Assembly (NCBI GenBank): GCA_032718475.1
Contig: JAUCBJ010008187.1
Coordinates: 7,269 to 71,268, forward strand
Length of the DNA: 64,000 nucleotides
DNA from: Nemertoderma westbladi
Taxonomy: Eukaryota; Animalia; Xenacoelomorpha
Direction of reading: 5' to 3'
The position numbers were made by a program, and so were the translations under genes. The notes beneath the pieces were generated by a model. It had not been told where the DNA came from, searched no databases, and saw only the letters and a program-made list of their open reading frames with translations. Shown one piece after another: positions 51,771 to 64,000 of the stretch (positions are counted from its first letter, which is position 1; each line of letters starts with the position of its first letter).

Positions 51771-51809
51771 TCGAGCAATTCTTACAGTAATGAACCTCTC
51801 GGTTCCTAA
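50310..51809 (-). mobile_element. Non-autonomous Helitron/DINE-like element, copy 1 (~1.5 kb)
   Basis: The minus-strand 3' end reads hairpin CGGGCC-gcta-GGCCCG then tcaCTAG|t. Subterminal inverted repeats aggaaccga/tcggttcct and a (CAGC/CAGT)n microsatellite lie near the other end. Confidence 0.75.
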
Positions 51810-53297
51810 CTAGCGGCCCGATAAGGAACCGACTTTTTATTTCAAATAAAAGAGACAACGAGAATTATTATAGAACTAATAATTATGTAAAAATACAATC
51901 ATATTTCATACAATAATTATTAATAAATTCGATCTATTATTAGTTACTCAATTCTAAAACAAAATCGACCTGCAACTAGTGAAGACCTCGTTTTGGAATT
52001 TCGAAACCACGCTGGTGCGATGCGCGATATCGTGTTTAGTTAATAAATTGAAAACTCCATCAATTCATGTGCAACCAGTAATAAGAAATCGCGATAAATG
52101 TAATTAAATAAAAATTATTCTAGAAAAATTTTCCTCAAAAAGTATGAAGTCTTGGCGTTGGTGACGCGAAACTAGGCTAGTGAGATTCAGGATATTGCGT
52201 TTAATATAAAAATCGAAAACGCTATCGAATTCCGTAAAGGCGTTAATAAAATACTGAAACTTTTTTGAAATTTGTAAAATTCTAGAACTGGAAAAAAATA
52301 TTTTTTGAACGGCGCTGTTTGGGGTTTGGAAACATGGATAGGCTGAAAGAGGACATCTAATTAAGTTGAAAAATGAAAACCCCATCGAATTTAGACAAAG
52401 CGTTCCGGAGTTATAGCGGATCGAAAAAAATTGACCCCCCCCAGTCGCCAAAAATTTACAGTAATTTAAAATTTTGCAAAAAAAATTTTTTGCGTTATTT
52501 TTGATGGCGAATCGATTGGCAGTACTGGCTACGAAAAATTTTTTTTGAAATTTTTGGTCAGAAAAAAAACATGGAAAAAGTATATTTTTAAAAAGATTTG
52601 ATGTCTTTGCCTATGGTCAGAGAATGATCCAACTCTGTAACTTGGCAATCGCTCAAATCCATTCAGCTGAATGGCACAGTAGAGTAAACTAAAGTAAATT
52701 CCCTATACAATGTTCTGAAGGGGTGACTGAAGAGAGTAATCCAACAATAAAACATTTTGCAATAATGTTGGCATTAATGTAGCCAACACACTGTACTTAA
52801 CAGTCATTCAGCTTACATTAGCAGAGTGAGATATTACCATAGATTGCATTGGGAAGAGTAATTCAGCTGAGGCGATATTAGATTTCAAACTAAACCAACC
52901 AGTTCATAATGTTTGCTTTGACAGAGAGTGGTGGCCTATACAAACAGTATGGGTGTACTGAGTATAATAATCTTGGCAACCTCATCGATTTATTACTAAG
53001 CCTTCTGTAGAAATGCATTACATAAGCCATTTTTCATCACGACACCAGCTGTCATGGGTGTTATTTTACCATTGTGCCTATGGCGTTTTTTCGTTTACGT
53101 CTATTTTTCGAGCCCACGGCTCATGGACGAAATAGCGGAACATACAAGGGACCTTAGAATCGCGGTATCTAGCCGCTGTGAAAATTTCATCAAAATCGTT
53201 AGAGTAGTTTTGGCTGTAGATCAGTCAGTCAGTCAGTCAGCCAGCCAGCCAGCCAGTCTCGAGCAATTCTTACAGTAATGAACCACTCGGTTCCTAA
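51810..53297 (-). mobile_element. Non-autonomous Helitron/DINE-like element, copy 2, head-to-tail with copy 1
   Basis: Colinear with 50322..51809 with scattered substitutions and small indels; junction ggttcctaa|ctagcggcccg. Confidence 0.75.
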
Positions 53298-53788
53298 TTA
53301 ATTGATGCAATTAGATAACTTAGGTGTAAATCGTGCGTTATAAGACCTTAATACCCGAACGATTAATTAACAATATTATATATTATTTGTATTTATTACA
53401 ACCCAAACAATATTATTACAAACTAACAACAATTCTAATACTCAAACTTATATTACTCATCAAGTCTATTACTATCAGACATAGCATGTCAGAAACTCTG
53501 ACTGTTAAAATAATTATACATTGCAGAAAATTATTTATAAAGAGCAGATAAGTTATTAGAAGAAATACAGGGTATTAAAGTAACTGCCTATGAATATTGA
53601 ATATGCATCAAATGCAATATTAATTGTTCACATTTTTTTTAAATACAATTTATTTCGTATCTTTGAACACATTAATTGAAAGCAACCAGCAGTTTTTTCG
53701 ATATATTTAGCATATCCTGGGGTCCACTTCGACTTGCGAGTTATATTTAATGATCTTAAATTATTATATTATAATATTTAGAATTATT

Positions 53789-54156
53789 TACGGAGCCCCT
53801 AAAGGGACATGAGAAAAAAATATTTTTTTTTTCGCTAACTCGTGCGAACGACTTAGTATGTCGTGCGAACGACTTACTAAGTCGTGCGAACGACATACTA
53901 AGTCGTGCGAACGACTTACTAAGTCGTGCGAACGACATACTAAGTCGTGCGAACGACTTAACTAACTCGTGCGAACGACTTAGTAAGTCGTTCGCACGAG
54001 TTAGTTAAGTCGTTCGCACGACTTAGTAAGTCGTTCGCACGACCTAGTAAGTCGTTCGCACGACTTAGTAAGTCGTTCGCACGACATACTAAGTCGTTCG
54101 CACGAGTTAGCGAAAAAAAATATTTTTTTTTCTCATGTCCCTTTAGGGGCTCCGTA
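53789..54156. mobile_element. Fully palindromic MITE with 6-bp TSD and internal 21-bp repeats
   Basis: Ends tacggagcccctaaagggacatgagaaaa / ttttctcatgtccctttaggggctccgta. ATTATT flanks both sides (53783-53788, 54157-54162). The internal unit aagtcgtgcgaacgacttact inverts at about 53983. Confidence 0.9.
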
Positions 54157-54464
54157 ATTATTGGCAGTTAGCTGAATATTATAATTAAAGCTTGGTTAGT
54201 ATAGATTGTGTAATTTAGGCTGCTAACTTCATATTATATTTTGTTTAATAAAATGTTTATTGTTTATATTAAGTAGGTCCCCTATAAGTCACTTTATTTC
54301 TTTCTAGCAATATCCTATCATGAGGTGCTCCGTTATTATTATTTTCTCTTGGCGCGGGGGGGGGGGGGATAGGATAAAGGGCTCACTCAAATTGATGATT
54401 AGATGGGGATTGAACACAAAACTATTCGACCATAAATTATTATTCGTACATATATTTAAGGTAG

Positions 54465-55465
54465 CACGAACTTAGTTCCAATCGCACATTTTTAAAGGCG
54501 AACTTAGTTCCAATCGCACATTTTTAAAGGCGAACTTAGTTCCAATCGCACATTTTTAACGGCGAACTTAGTTCCAATCGCACATTTTTAAAGGCGAACT
54601 TAATTCCAATTGAAACGAATTTAGTTCCAAAATAAATTTTATAAATCGAATTAGTTCCAATCGAGGCGAACTTAGTTCCAATCCCAGAATATCAAAACGA
54701 ACTTAGTTCCAATGCATGCGAATTTAGTTCCAATGTTTCAATCGTGGGGCTAGCCACGTAGTAGGCGAAGCCTTTGCGTATGGCCACTATCTGGGGGTGG
54801 GTCAGGGTCAACAATTATCAACTAATTATTATTAATGCATTAAAAGTATAATTACACATTATGAAATATTTATTAATCATGAGTATACTGATACTGACTG
54901 AATGAGTATGTAGTATATACTCAAGTCATGCACATTGTGCCATTTTCACACCAAATACCTCAGTTTTTTTGGGTTAGGTGGATGGGCGTTGTTTGGGTTA
55001 GGAGGTTGGGCGTAGTTTGGGTTAAGAGCTTGGGCGTTGTTTTTTACTAAGAATATCATTTTAAATAATTAAATATAATTGAACTGTTTGGGTTAAGATG
55101 TTGGGAGTTGTTTGAGATAAGATTGTTTTGGTTCGGAGGTTGGGCGTTTTTTGGGTTAGTTATTAACAATTATTATTTACCCAGTACCCACCCACCTAAT
55201 AGTGGCATTAAACAGATTCTTCGCCAACTACGTGGCTCGCCTCACACCTGAAACATTGGAACTAAATTCGCTTCCATTGGAACTAAATTCACATCCATTG
55301 GAACTAAATTCGCTTGCATTGGAAATAAATTCGTTTTCGTTTTTCTCTAGTTATTGGAACTAAGTTCGCCTAAATTGGAACTAAATTCGCCAAAATTGGA
55401 ACTAAATTCGTTTCCATTGGAACTTAATTCGCATGAGGCCTAAATTGGAACTAAGTGCGGGGAAT
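54465..55465. mobile_element. Foldback/MITE-like element with subterminal tandem repeats; related remnant at ~26565-26885
   Basis: The left arm has repeats of gcgaacttagttccaat and the right arm repeats of attggaactaaattcgc. Inner inverted pair agccacgtagtaggcgaag / cttcgccaactacgtggct. Confidence 0.78.
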
Positions 55466-55635
55466 CATATCTTCCATTCGCCAACAGGTTGTAAAATATG
55501 GGGTTTTTCTTTTATCCGATACGTATTTCGGCTATCCCGGCCGTCTTCAGGGATTATTAATACAATTTAAATAAACACAATTTACAAGTCAATAACACAG
55601 AAAAACCGGAAAAAGATGGCACCAACATAAATGTA

Positions 55636-58600
55636 GTTAGGTTAGGGTAGTGTGGGTTAGGTTAGGGTAGTGTGGGTTAGGTTAGGGTAGTGTGGGTTAG
55701 GTTGGGGTAGTGTGAGTTAGGTTGGGGTAGTGTGAGTTAGGTTGGGGTAGTGTGAGTTAGGTGGGTGTAGTGTGGGTTAGGTTAGGGTAGTGTGGGTTAG
55801 GTTAGGGAGTGTGAGTTAGGTTGGGGTAGTGTGAGTTAGGTTGGGGTAGTGCGAGTTAGGTGGGTGTAGTATGGGTTAAGTTAGGGTAGTGTGAGTTAGG
55901 TAGGAGTAGTGGGGGTTAGGTTAGGATAGTGTGAGTTCGGTTGGGGTAGTGTGAGTTAGGTGGGTGTAGGGTGGGTTAGGTTAGGGTAGTGTGGGTTAGG
56001 TTATGGTAGTGTAGGTTAGGTTAGGGCAGTGTGGGTTAGGTTAGGGCAGTGTGGGTTAGGTTAGGGCAGTGTGGGTTAGGTTTGGGTAGTGTGAGTTAGG
56101 TGGGTGTAGTGTGAGTTAGGTTGGGTTATGGTAGTGTGAGTTAGGTTGGGGTAGTGTGAGTTAGCTTGGGGTAGTGTGAGTTAGGTGGGTGTAGTGTGGG
56201 TTAGGTTAGGGTAGTGTGGGTTAGGTTAGGGAGTGTGAGTTAGGTTGGGGTAGTGTGAGTTAGGTTGGGGTAGTGTGAGTTAGGTGGGTGTAGTGGGGGT
56301 TAGGTTATGATAGTGTGAGTTCGGTTGGGGTAGTGTGAGTTAGGTTGGGGTAGTGTGAGTTAGGTGTGTGTAGTGGGGGTTAGGTTATGATAGTGTGAGT
56401 TCGGTTGGGGTAGTGTGAGTTAGGTGGGTGTAGTGTGGGTTAGGTTAGGGTAGTGTGGGTTAGGTTAGGGTTGTGGGTTAGGTTAGGGTAGTGTGGGTTA
56501 GGTTAGGGTAGTGTGGGTTAGGTTAGGGTAGTGTGAGTTAGGTTGGGGTAGTGTGGTTAGGTTAGGGTAGTGTGGGTTAGGTTGGGTAGTGTGGGTTAGG
56601 TTAGGGTAGTGTGGGTTAGATTAGGGTAGTGTGGGTTAGATTAGGGTAGTGTGGGTTAGGTTAGGGTAGTGGGTTAGGTTAGGGTAGTGTGGGTTAGGTT
56701 AGGGTAGTGTGGGTTAGGTTAGGGTAGTGTGGGTTAGTTTAGGGTAGTGTGGGTTAGGTTAGGGTAGTGTGGGTTAGGTGTGTGTAGTGTGGGTTAGGTT
56801 GGGGTAGTGTGAGTTAGGTGTGTGTAGTGTGGGTTAGGGTAGTGTGGGTTAGGTTAGGGTAGTGTGGGTTAGGTTAGGGTAGTGTGGGTTAGGTTAGGGT
56901 AGTGTGGGTTAGGTTATGGTAGTGTGGGTTAGGTTGGGGTAGTGTGGGTTAGGTTAGGGTAGTGTGTGTTAGGTGGGTGTAGTGTGGGTTAGGTTAGGGT
57001 AGGGTTAGGTTGAGGTAGTGTTGGTTAGATTAGGGTAGTTTGGGTTAGGTTGGGGTAGTGTGGGTTAGGTTAGGTAGTGTGGGTTAGGTTAGGGTAGTGT
57101 GGGTTAGGTTAGGGTAGTGTGGGTTAGGTTAGGGTAGTGTGGGTTAGGGTAGTGTGGGTTAGGTTAGGGTAGTGTGGGTTAGGGGTTAGGGTTGTGGGTT
57201 AGGTTGGGGTAGTGTGGGTTAGGTTTGGGTAGTGTGAGTTAGGTGGGTGTAGTGTGCGTTAGGTTAGGGTAGTGTGGGTTACGTTAGGGTAGTGTGGGTT
57301 AGGTTAGGGTAGTGTGGGTTAGGTTGGGGTAGTGTTGGTTAGATTAGGGTAGTGTGGGTTAGGTTGGGGTAGTGTGGGTTAGGTTGGGTAGTGTGGGTTA
57401 GGTTATGGTAGTGTGGGTTAGGCTAGGGTAGTGTGGGTTAGTTTAGGGTAGTGTGGGTTAGGTTAGGGCAGTGTGGGTTAGGGTAGTGTGGGTTAGGTTA
57501 GGGTAGTGTGAGTTAGGTGTGTGTAGTGTGGGTTATGTTAGGCTAGTGTAGGTTAGGTTAGGGTAGTGTGGGTTAGGTTAGGGTTGTGGGTTAGGTTGGG
57601 GTAGTGTTGGTTAGATTAGGGTAGTGTGAGTTAGGTTGGGGTAGTGTGAGTTAGGTGGGTGTAGTGTGGGTTAGGTTAGGGTAGTGTGGGTTAGGTTAGG
57701 GAGTGTGAGTTAGGTTGGGGTAGTGTGAGTTAGGTTTGGGTAGTGCGAGTTAGGTGGGTATAGTATGGGTTAAGTTAGGGTAGTGTGAGTTAGGTAGGAG
57801 TAGTGAGGGTTAGGTTAGGATAGTGTGAGTTCGGTTGGGGTAGTGTGAGTTAGGTGGGTGTAGGGTGGGTTAGGTTAGGGTAGGGTAGTGTGGGTTAGGT
57901 TAGGGTAGTGTGAGTTGGGTTGGAGTAGTGTGAGTTAGGTGTGTGTAGTGTGGGTTAGGTTAGGGTAGTGTGGGTTAGGTTGGGGTAGTGTGAGTTAGGT
58001 TGGGGTAGTGTGAGTTAGGTTGGGGTAGTGTGAGTTAGGTGGGTGTAGTGTGGGTTAGGTTAGGGTAGTGTGGGTTAGGTTAGGGAGTGTGAGTTAGGTT
58101 GGGGTAGTGTGAGTTAGGTTGGGGTAGTGCGAGTTAGGTGGGTGTAGTATGGGTTAAGTTAGGGTAGTGTGAGTTAGGTAGGAGTAGTGGGGGTTAGGTT
58201 AGGATAGTGTGAGTTCGGTTGGGGTAGTGTGAGTTAGGTGGGTGTAGGGTGGGTTAGGTTAGGGTAGTGTGGGTTAGGTTATGGTAGTGTAGGTTAGGTT
58301 AGGGTAGTGTGGGTTAGGTTAGGGCAGTGTGGGTTAGGTTAGGGCAGTGTGGGTTAGGTTTGGGTAGTGTGAGTTAGGTGGGTGTAGTGTGAGTTAGGTT
58401 GGGTTATGGTAGTGTGAGTTAGGTTGGGGTAGTGTGAGTTAGCTTGGGGTAGTGTGAGTTAGGTGGGTGTAGTGTGGGTTAGGTTAGGGTAGTGTGGGTT
58501 AGGTTAGGGAGTGTGAGTTACGTTGGGGTAGTGTGAGTTAGGTTGGGGTAGTGTGAGTTAGGTGGGTGTAGTGGGGGTTAGGTTATGATAGTGTGAGTTC

Positions 58601-59253
58601 GGTTGGGGTAGTGTGAGTTAGGTTGGGGTAGTGTGAGTTAGGTGGGTGTAGTGGGGGTTAGGTTATGATAGTGTGAGTTCGGTTGGGGTAGTGTGAGTTA
58701 GGTGGGTGTAGTGTGGGTTAGGTTAGGGTAGTGTGGGTTAGGTTAGGGTAGTGTGGGATAGGTTAGGGTAGTTTGGGTTAGGTTAGGGTAGTGTGGGTTA
58801 GGTTGGTGTAGTGTGAGTTAGGTGGGTGTAGTGTGAGTTAGGTTGGATTAGTGTGAGTTAGGTTGGGGTTGTGTGGGTTAGGTTAGGGAGTGTGAGTTAG
58901 GTTGGGGTAGTGTGAGTTAGGTTGGGGTAGTGTGAGTTAGGTGGGTGTAGTGGGGGTTAGGTTATGATAGTGTGAGTTCGGTTGGGGTAGTGTGAGTTAG
59001 GTGGGTGTAGTGTGGGTTAGGTTAGGGTAGTGTGGGTTAAGTTAGGGTAGTGTGCGTTAGGTTAGGGTAGTGTGGGTTAGGTTAGGGTAGTTTGGGTTAG
59101 GTTAGGGTAGTGTGGGTTAGGTTGGTGTAGTGTGAGTTAGGTGGGTGTAGTGTGAGTTAGGTTGGGTTAGTGTGAGTTAGGTTGGGGTTGTGTGGGTTAG
59201 GTTGGGGTAGTGTGAGTTAGGTTGGGGTAGTGTGAGTTAGGTGGGTGTAGTGT
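55636..59253 (+). repeat. Telomere-like G-rich satellite, 20-bp unit, 3.6 kb
   Basis: Consensus gggttaggttagggtagtgt containing TTAGG and TTAGGG, with degenerate variants. Confidence 0.95.
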
Positions 59254-59360
59254 TTAAAATGCAGAGCAGTGATTAAAATAATAGATATTATATTATATAC
59301 AATTATACTATACGATTATGAGCAATTAATGCACTCTCATTGTTCCTCTCCTGGGCTACT

Positions 59361-59535
59361 CCAGACCCAGACACCTATGCAACAACCCAAGCCAGACAAC
59401 CAACTCATCTTACCCATTGGTGAAGGTGAGTTGATTCCTCCACTGGACTAAACCAGACCCAGACACCTATGCAACAACCCAAGCCCGACAACCAACTCAT
59501 CTTACCCATTGGTGAAGGTGAGTTGATTCCTCCAC
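59361..59535. repeat. Direct duplication of about 83 bp (offset 92)
   Basis: ccagacccagacacctatgcaacaacccaagcc...gagttgattcctccac occurs twice. Confidence 0.9.
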
Positions 59536-60634
59536 CCTTCTCACCTCAAGTTAAAATAATTACAGGTTCTGGAATGAATATTTATGACATTGGTTTTTGC
59601 CTTCCGTTGCTTATAAGGGCCCTTCTATTTTGTTTCAATAGCATTTCATGGTCTTATCTATCAATGAATGAATGGTCCTATGTGTCCTATGTGAGATATA
59701 AATATTTATTGAAAAGCCAGAAATTAATAAATACATAAGGTTGTTTTATCAGTAAGATAATGTCCGATACATTACTCCCAACTTGCGGGCCCCTTCCAAC
59801 TTACGGGGCCCCAGGCAGCTGCCCCCCCCCCCCCCCCCCCCCATGTTAATGAAGCACAGTTCGGAGACATGGTAGCCGCGGTAGTACGTGTAACAATTAT
59901 TGTTTAAATTGATAAGTTTGCCTAATCTTTTAGTCATTTCAATAGTGTTGAATTTTGCATCGAGATAATAGTGCGAACTTGGTGCAGTCAGAATGGTAGA
60001 AGTGATGAAACGAAATATTGTGAACAACCAATAGTCAATGGGTTCAAGTAAAATGAGAATGAGTCCAGAGCATTGATTGATGGATTAGTTATGAGGGCCA
60101 ATTAAATCCAGTTCAGATTACATCTTTAAGATACAACGCTCTACTGTGGATTCACCGGAGAATGTAATTTAGTGACCAGGAAAGACAGTGTCCTACCACC
60201 AGCATCGAGTCTAACTAGAGGCGGGTGGTAAAGACCCGACGACACCGATCTAGTATTGTACGTGTGTAGGCCTACAGTTCAACGCAATCAAAATTCATAC
60301 TAATCCAGGAGAAATCAACACAAATAATAGCTGATTACTCTCAAAAATATAACCGTAACCTGCTCTAATACCTTTCGCTTATTGTTTTGGTTAGAATAAT
60401 AACGTGCTACTGTAACCTGCTACTTTCCTTCAATTGATAATTTAATATTGAGGCGATATATTAATTCGCTGAGATGGGATTTGTGTGAATCCCCCCCCCC
60501 CCCCCTTGTCTCATAGTTGAAGTATTGGGTATTGTATTACTATGTCGCCCTCCATGCGTCACAGGTAACTGCCAAGAGATATGATCCTTCGGGTTACCTC
60601 ATTTTTATTACTTCACCGATTTTACTTTACTCTT

Positions 60635-62674
60635 TTATGGGTTGGGTTAGTTGCCCTTCGTTATGGGTTGGGTTAGTTGCCCTTCGTTATGGATTGGGTT
60701 AGTTGCCGTTCGTTATGGGTTGGGTTAGTTGCCCTTCGTTATGGATTGGGTTAGTTGCCGTTCGTTATGGGTTGGGTTAGTTGCCGTTCGTTATGGGTTG
60801 GGTTAGTTGCTGTTCGTTATGGGTTGGGTTAGTTGCCGTTCTTTATGGGTTGGGTTAGTTGCCGTTCGTTATGGATTGGGTTAGTTGCCGTTCGTTATGG
60901 GTTGGGTTAGTTGCCGTTCGTTATGGGTTGGGTTAGTTGCCCTTCGTTATGGGTTGGGTTAGTTGCCGTTCGTTATGGGTTGAGTTAGTTGCCGTTCGTT
61001 ATGGGTTGGGTTAGTTGCCGTTCTTTATGGGTTGGGTTAGTTGCCGTTCGTTATGGGTTGGGTTAGTTGCCGTTCGTTATGGGTTGGGTTAGTTGCCGTT
61101 CTTTATGGGTTGGGTTAGTTGCCGTTCGTTATGGGTTGGGTTAGTTGCTGTTCGTTATGGGTTGGGTTAGTTGCCGTTCGTTATGGGTTGGGTTAGTTGC
61201 CGTTCGTTATGGGTTGGGTTAGTTGCCGTTCGATATGGGTTGGGTTAGTTGCCGTTCGTTATGGGTTGGGTTAGTTGCCGTTCTTTATGGGTTGGGTTAG
61301 TTGCCGTTCGATATGGATTGGGTTAGTTGCCGTTCGTTATGGGTTGGGTTAGTTGCCGTTCTTTATGGGTTGGGTTAGTAGCCGTTCGATATGGGTTGGG
61401 TTAGTTGCCGTTCGTTATGGGTTGGGTTAGTTGCCGTTCTTTATGGGTTGGGTTAGTTGCCGTTCGTTACGGGTTGGGTTAGTTGCCGTTCTTTATGGGT
61501 TGGGTTAGTTGCCGTTCGTTATGGGTTGGGTAAGTTGCCGTTCGTTATGGGTTGGGTTAGTTGCCCTTCGTTATGGGTTGGGTTAGTTGCCGTTCGTTAT
61601 GGGTTGGGTTAGTTGCCGTTCGTTATGGGTTGGGTTAGTTGCCCTTCGTTATGGGTTGGGTTAGTTGCCGTTCGATATGGGTTGGGTTAGTTGCCGTTCG
61701 TTATGGGTTGGGTTAGTTGCCGTTCGTTATGGGTCGGGTTAGTTGCCGTTCGTTATGGGTTGGGTTAGTTGCTGTTCGTTATGGGTTGGGTTAGTTGCCG
61801 TTCGTTATGGGTTGGGTTAGTTGCCGTTCGTTATGGGTTGGGTTAGTTGCCGTTCGATATGGGTTGGGTTAGTTGCCGTTCGTTATGGGTTGGGTTAGTT
61901 GCCGTTCTTTATGGGTTGGGTTAGTTGCCGTTCGATATGGGTTGGGTTAGTTGCCGTTCGTTATGGGTTGGGTTAGTTGCCGTTCTTTATGGGTTGGGTT
62001 AGTTGCCGTTCGATATGGGTTGGGTTAGTTGCCGTTCGTTATGGGTTGGGTTAGTTGCCGTTCTTTATGGGTTGGGTTAGTTGCCGTTCGTTACGGGTTG
62101 GGTTAGTTGCCGTTCTTTATGGGTTGGGTTAGTTGCCGTTCGTTATGGGTTGGGTTAGTTGCCGTTCGTTATGGGTTGGGTTAGTTGCCGTTCGTTATGG
62201 GTTGGGTTAGTTGCCGTTCGTTATGGGTTGGGTTAGTTGCCGTTCGTTATGGGTCGGGTTAGTTGCCGTTCGTTATGGGTTGGGTTAGTTGCCGTTCGTT
62301 ATGGGTTGGGTTAGTTGCCGTTCGTTATGGGTTGGGTTAGTTGCCGTTCGTTATGGGTTGGGTTAGTTGCCGTTCGTTATGGGTCGGGTTAGTTGCCGTT
62401 CGTTATGGGTTGGGTTAGTTGCCGTTCGTTATGGGTTGGGTTAGTTGCCGTTCTTTATGGGTTGGGTTAGTTGCCGTTCGTTACGGGTTGGGTTAGTTGC
62501 CGTTCTTTATGGGTTGGGTTAGTTGCCGTTCGTTATGGGTTGGGTTAGTTGCCGTTCGTTATGGGTTGGGTTAGTTGCCGTTCGTTATGGGTTGGGTTAG
62601 TTGCCGTTCGTTATGGGTTGGGTTAGTTGCCGTTCGTTATGGGTTGGGTTAGTTGCCGTTCGTTATGGGTTGGG
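60635..62674 (+). repeat. 26-bp G/T-rich satellite, about 78 copies
   Basis: Unit ttatgggttgggttagttgccgttcg. Confidence 0.98.
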
Positions 62675-64000
62675 ATTGTCGTGAGTTGATTGCTTGAACG
62701 GTGGTTTATTTGATTTTCTTTGTGTTTTAATTTATTAGTTTGTACCGGTATTGTAGTGATACAGCCAGAATGGTTCACGCGATACAATATTACAGTTTGC
62801 ACCTGCTGCACTTCATGTCTTAATATATCGTCTGGTGCTTAGTAATTTAAAACATTGGCATTGTTACTATTCATTGAGTGACGTCATATAACTTGAGACT
62901 CATTAGTTTAGAGTTTGTCACGTATAATAATTTGGCATAGTTGCTGCGTCATTATTGTTCACATGGTAACTTTCGTGGCGTTTAGTCCACTTTAAGCGAC
63001 GATATTTATTATATATTGTTTTGATGAAGTGTTGTACACCTTCCTGAATAAAAGTGTTATTACTTCGCAATGCCAATACTACTCAAATATAACCTAATGA
63101 TTTCTCAATAAATTTTTTATTATACATTTTCACAATATCGTAATTAATCAATTTTAGTAAATAAAATACAAAGTAAGTTTTTATTTAGAAGACCGTTTGC
63201 GGTTAACAAAGAGTCTAACGTCTAAATTAACTATTTACTTGACTTATAATTTAGCACTTTATATGATTATAGTGTGTGGTGTTTTTACCGAGGATTTTAA
63301 TTGAGACGAGGACTGTAATCTTATTAACAAACTGCTAGATTATGACTTGGGGTTTCCAAATTTTATTCGAAAATTGAAATATTTGATTAAAATAAAGATG
63401 GCTTTACTCCTCCTGGAATGAATGATTATTCGCCGAGAATTCCTCCATATCCCGCCATTGAGTGTGGTGGACATTGCTAGCCTGTGCATCAGTGCGGATC
63501 CAACCTCGTCCAACCCCAAACCCGATATTAATTGAACATGACCTTATTCCTACACCCCACCCGTTATCTCAGATTTCTCTAGACGCATTGATTGTGAAAG
63601 GAAGAACAGTTCTCCTCGAACTCCTCCAACCTCTGCTATTAGCTCTAATTGCTGATCTACCTGTCTACGTTTACCGATACAAACGGCCAACACCTATGTT
63701 GTGCCATATATAGACACTAACTGAATTCCCACCCGCCGTAAAGATTTATACATTCTATATACATCTTTCTCAACCTGCAACATTACCAAATATTTACATT
63801 TTCAAATAAATAATAAGGCAATAAGTAGTAAAGTGCTTTAACGAAGTGCTCAGAACATTTAGGCAAGTAGGCCTACTGAATTTGCATAAGAGTCTGTAGT
63901 AATCAGAAAAGGAGGATAATCTCCAGAGAGAGAGCGTGTATCGAATGATCGTAGCGTCGTAAATGTCATGGTAACTGAAATATTTTTTTAGAATTAGTAT

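Noticed and set aside
50632-53278. Duplicated small ORFs within the 1.5-kb tandem elements
   Set aside because: No Rep/helicase or other recognisable motifs, and indels between the copies break frames.

Overview
This is an AT-rich, repeat-dense eukaryotic (animal-like) window, not prokaryotic. Genes: two tandem, intronless minus-strand paralogues encoding N-acylation motif (MGCGSS) + DUF4062 + NACHT-type STAND NTPase + TPR proteins; an intronless METTL2-like tRNA m3C methyltransferase head-to-head with a two-exon GTPBP1; and orphan 3' exons resembling OTUD7/Cezanne with an A20 zinc finger. The rest is LINE relics, a piggyBac relic, MITEs/foldbacks, a tandem Helitron/DINE-like pair and satellites of 29, 31, 20 and 26 bp. 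The most interesting unit is the STAND pair, which looks like an NLR-like receptor locus. The paralogues are near-identical except for a hypervariable TPR patch, and they have unrelated repeat-built C-terminal tails. Each has a 34-bp VNTR 12 bp upstream of its ATG (4 vs ~23 copies), and nearly every unit carries CCAAT + AP-1 + two GATA motifs. All family calls come from motif recognition by eye; no database searches were run.
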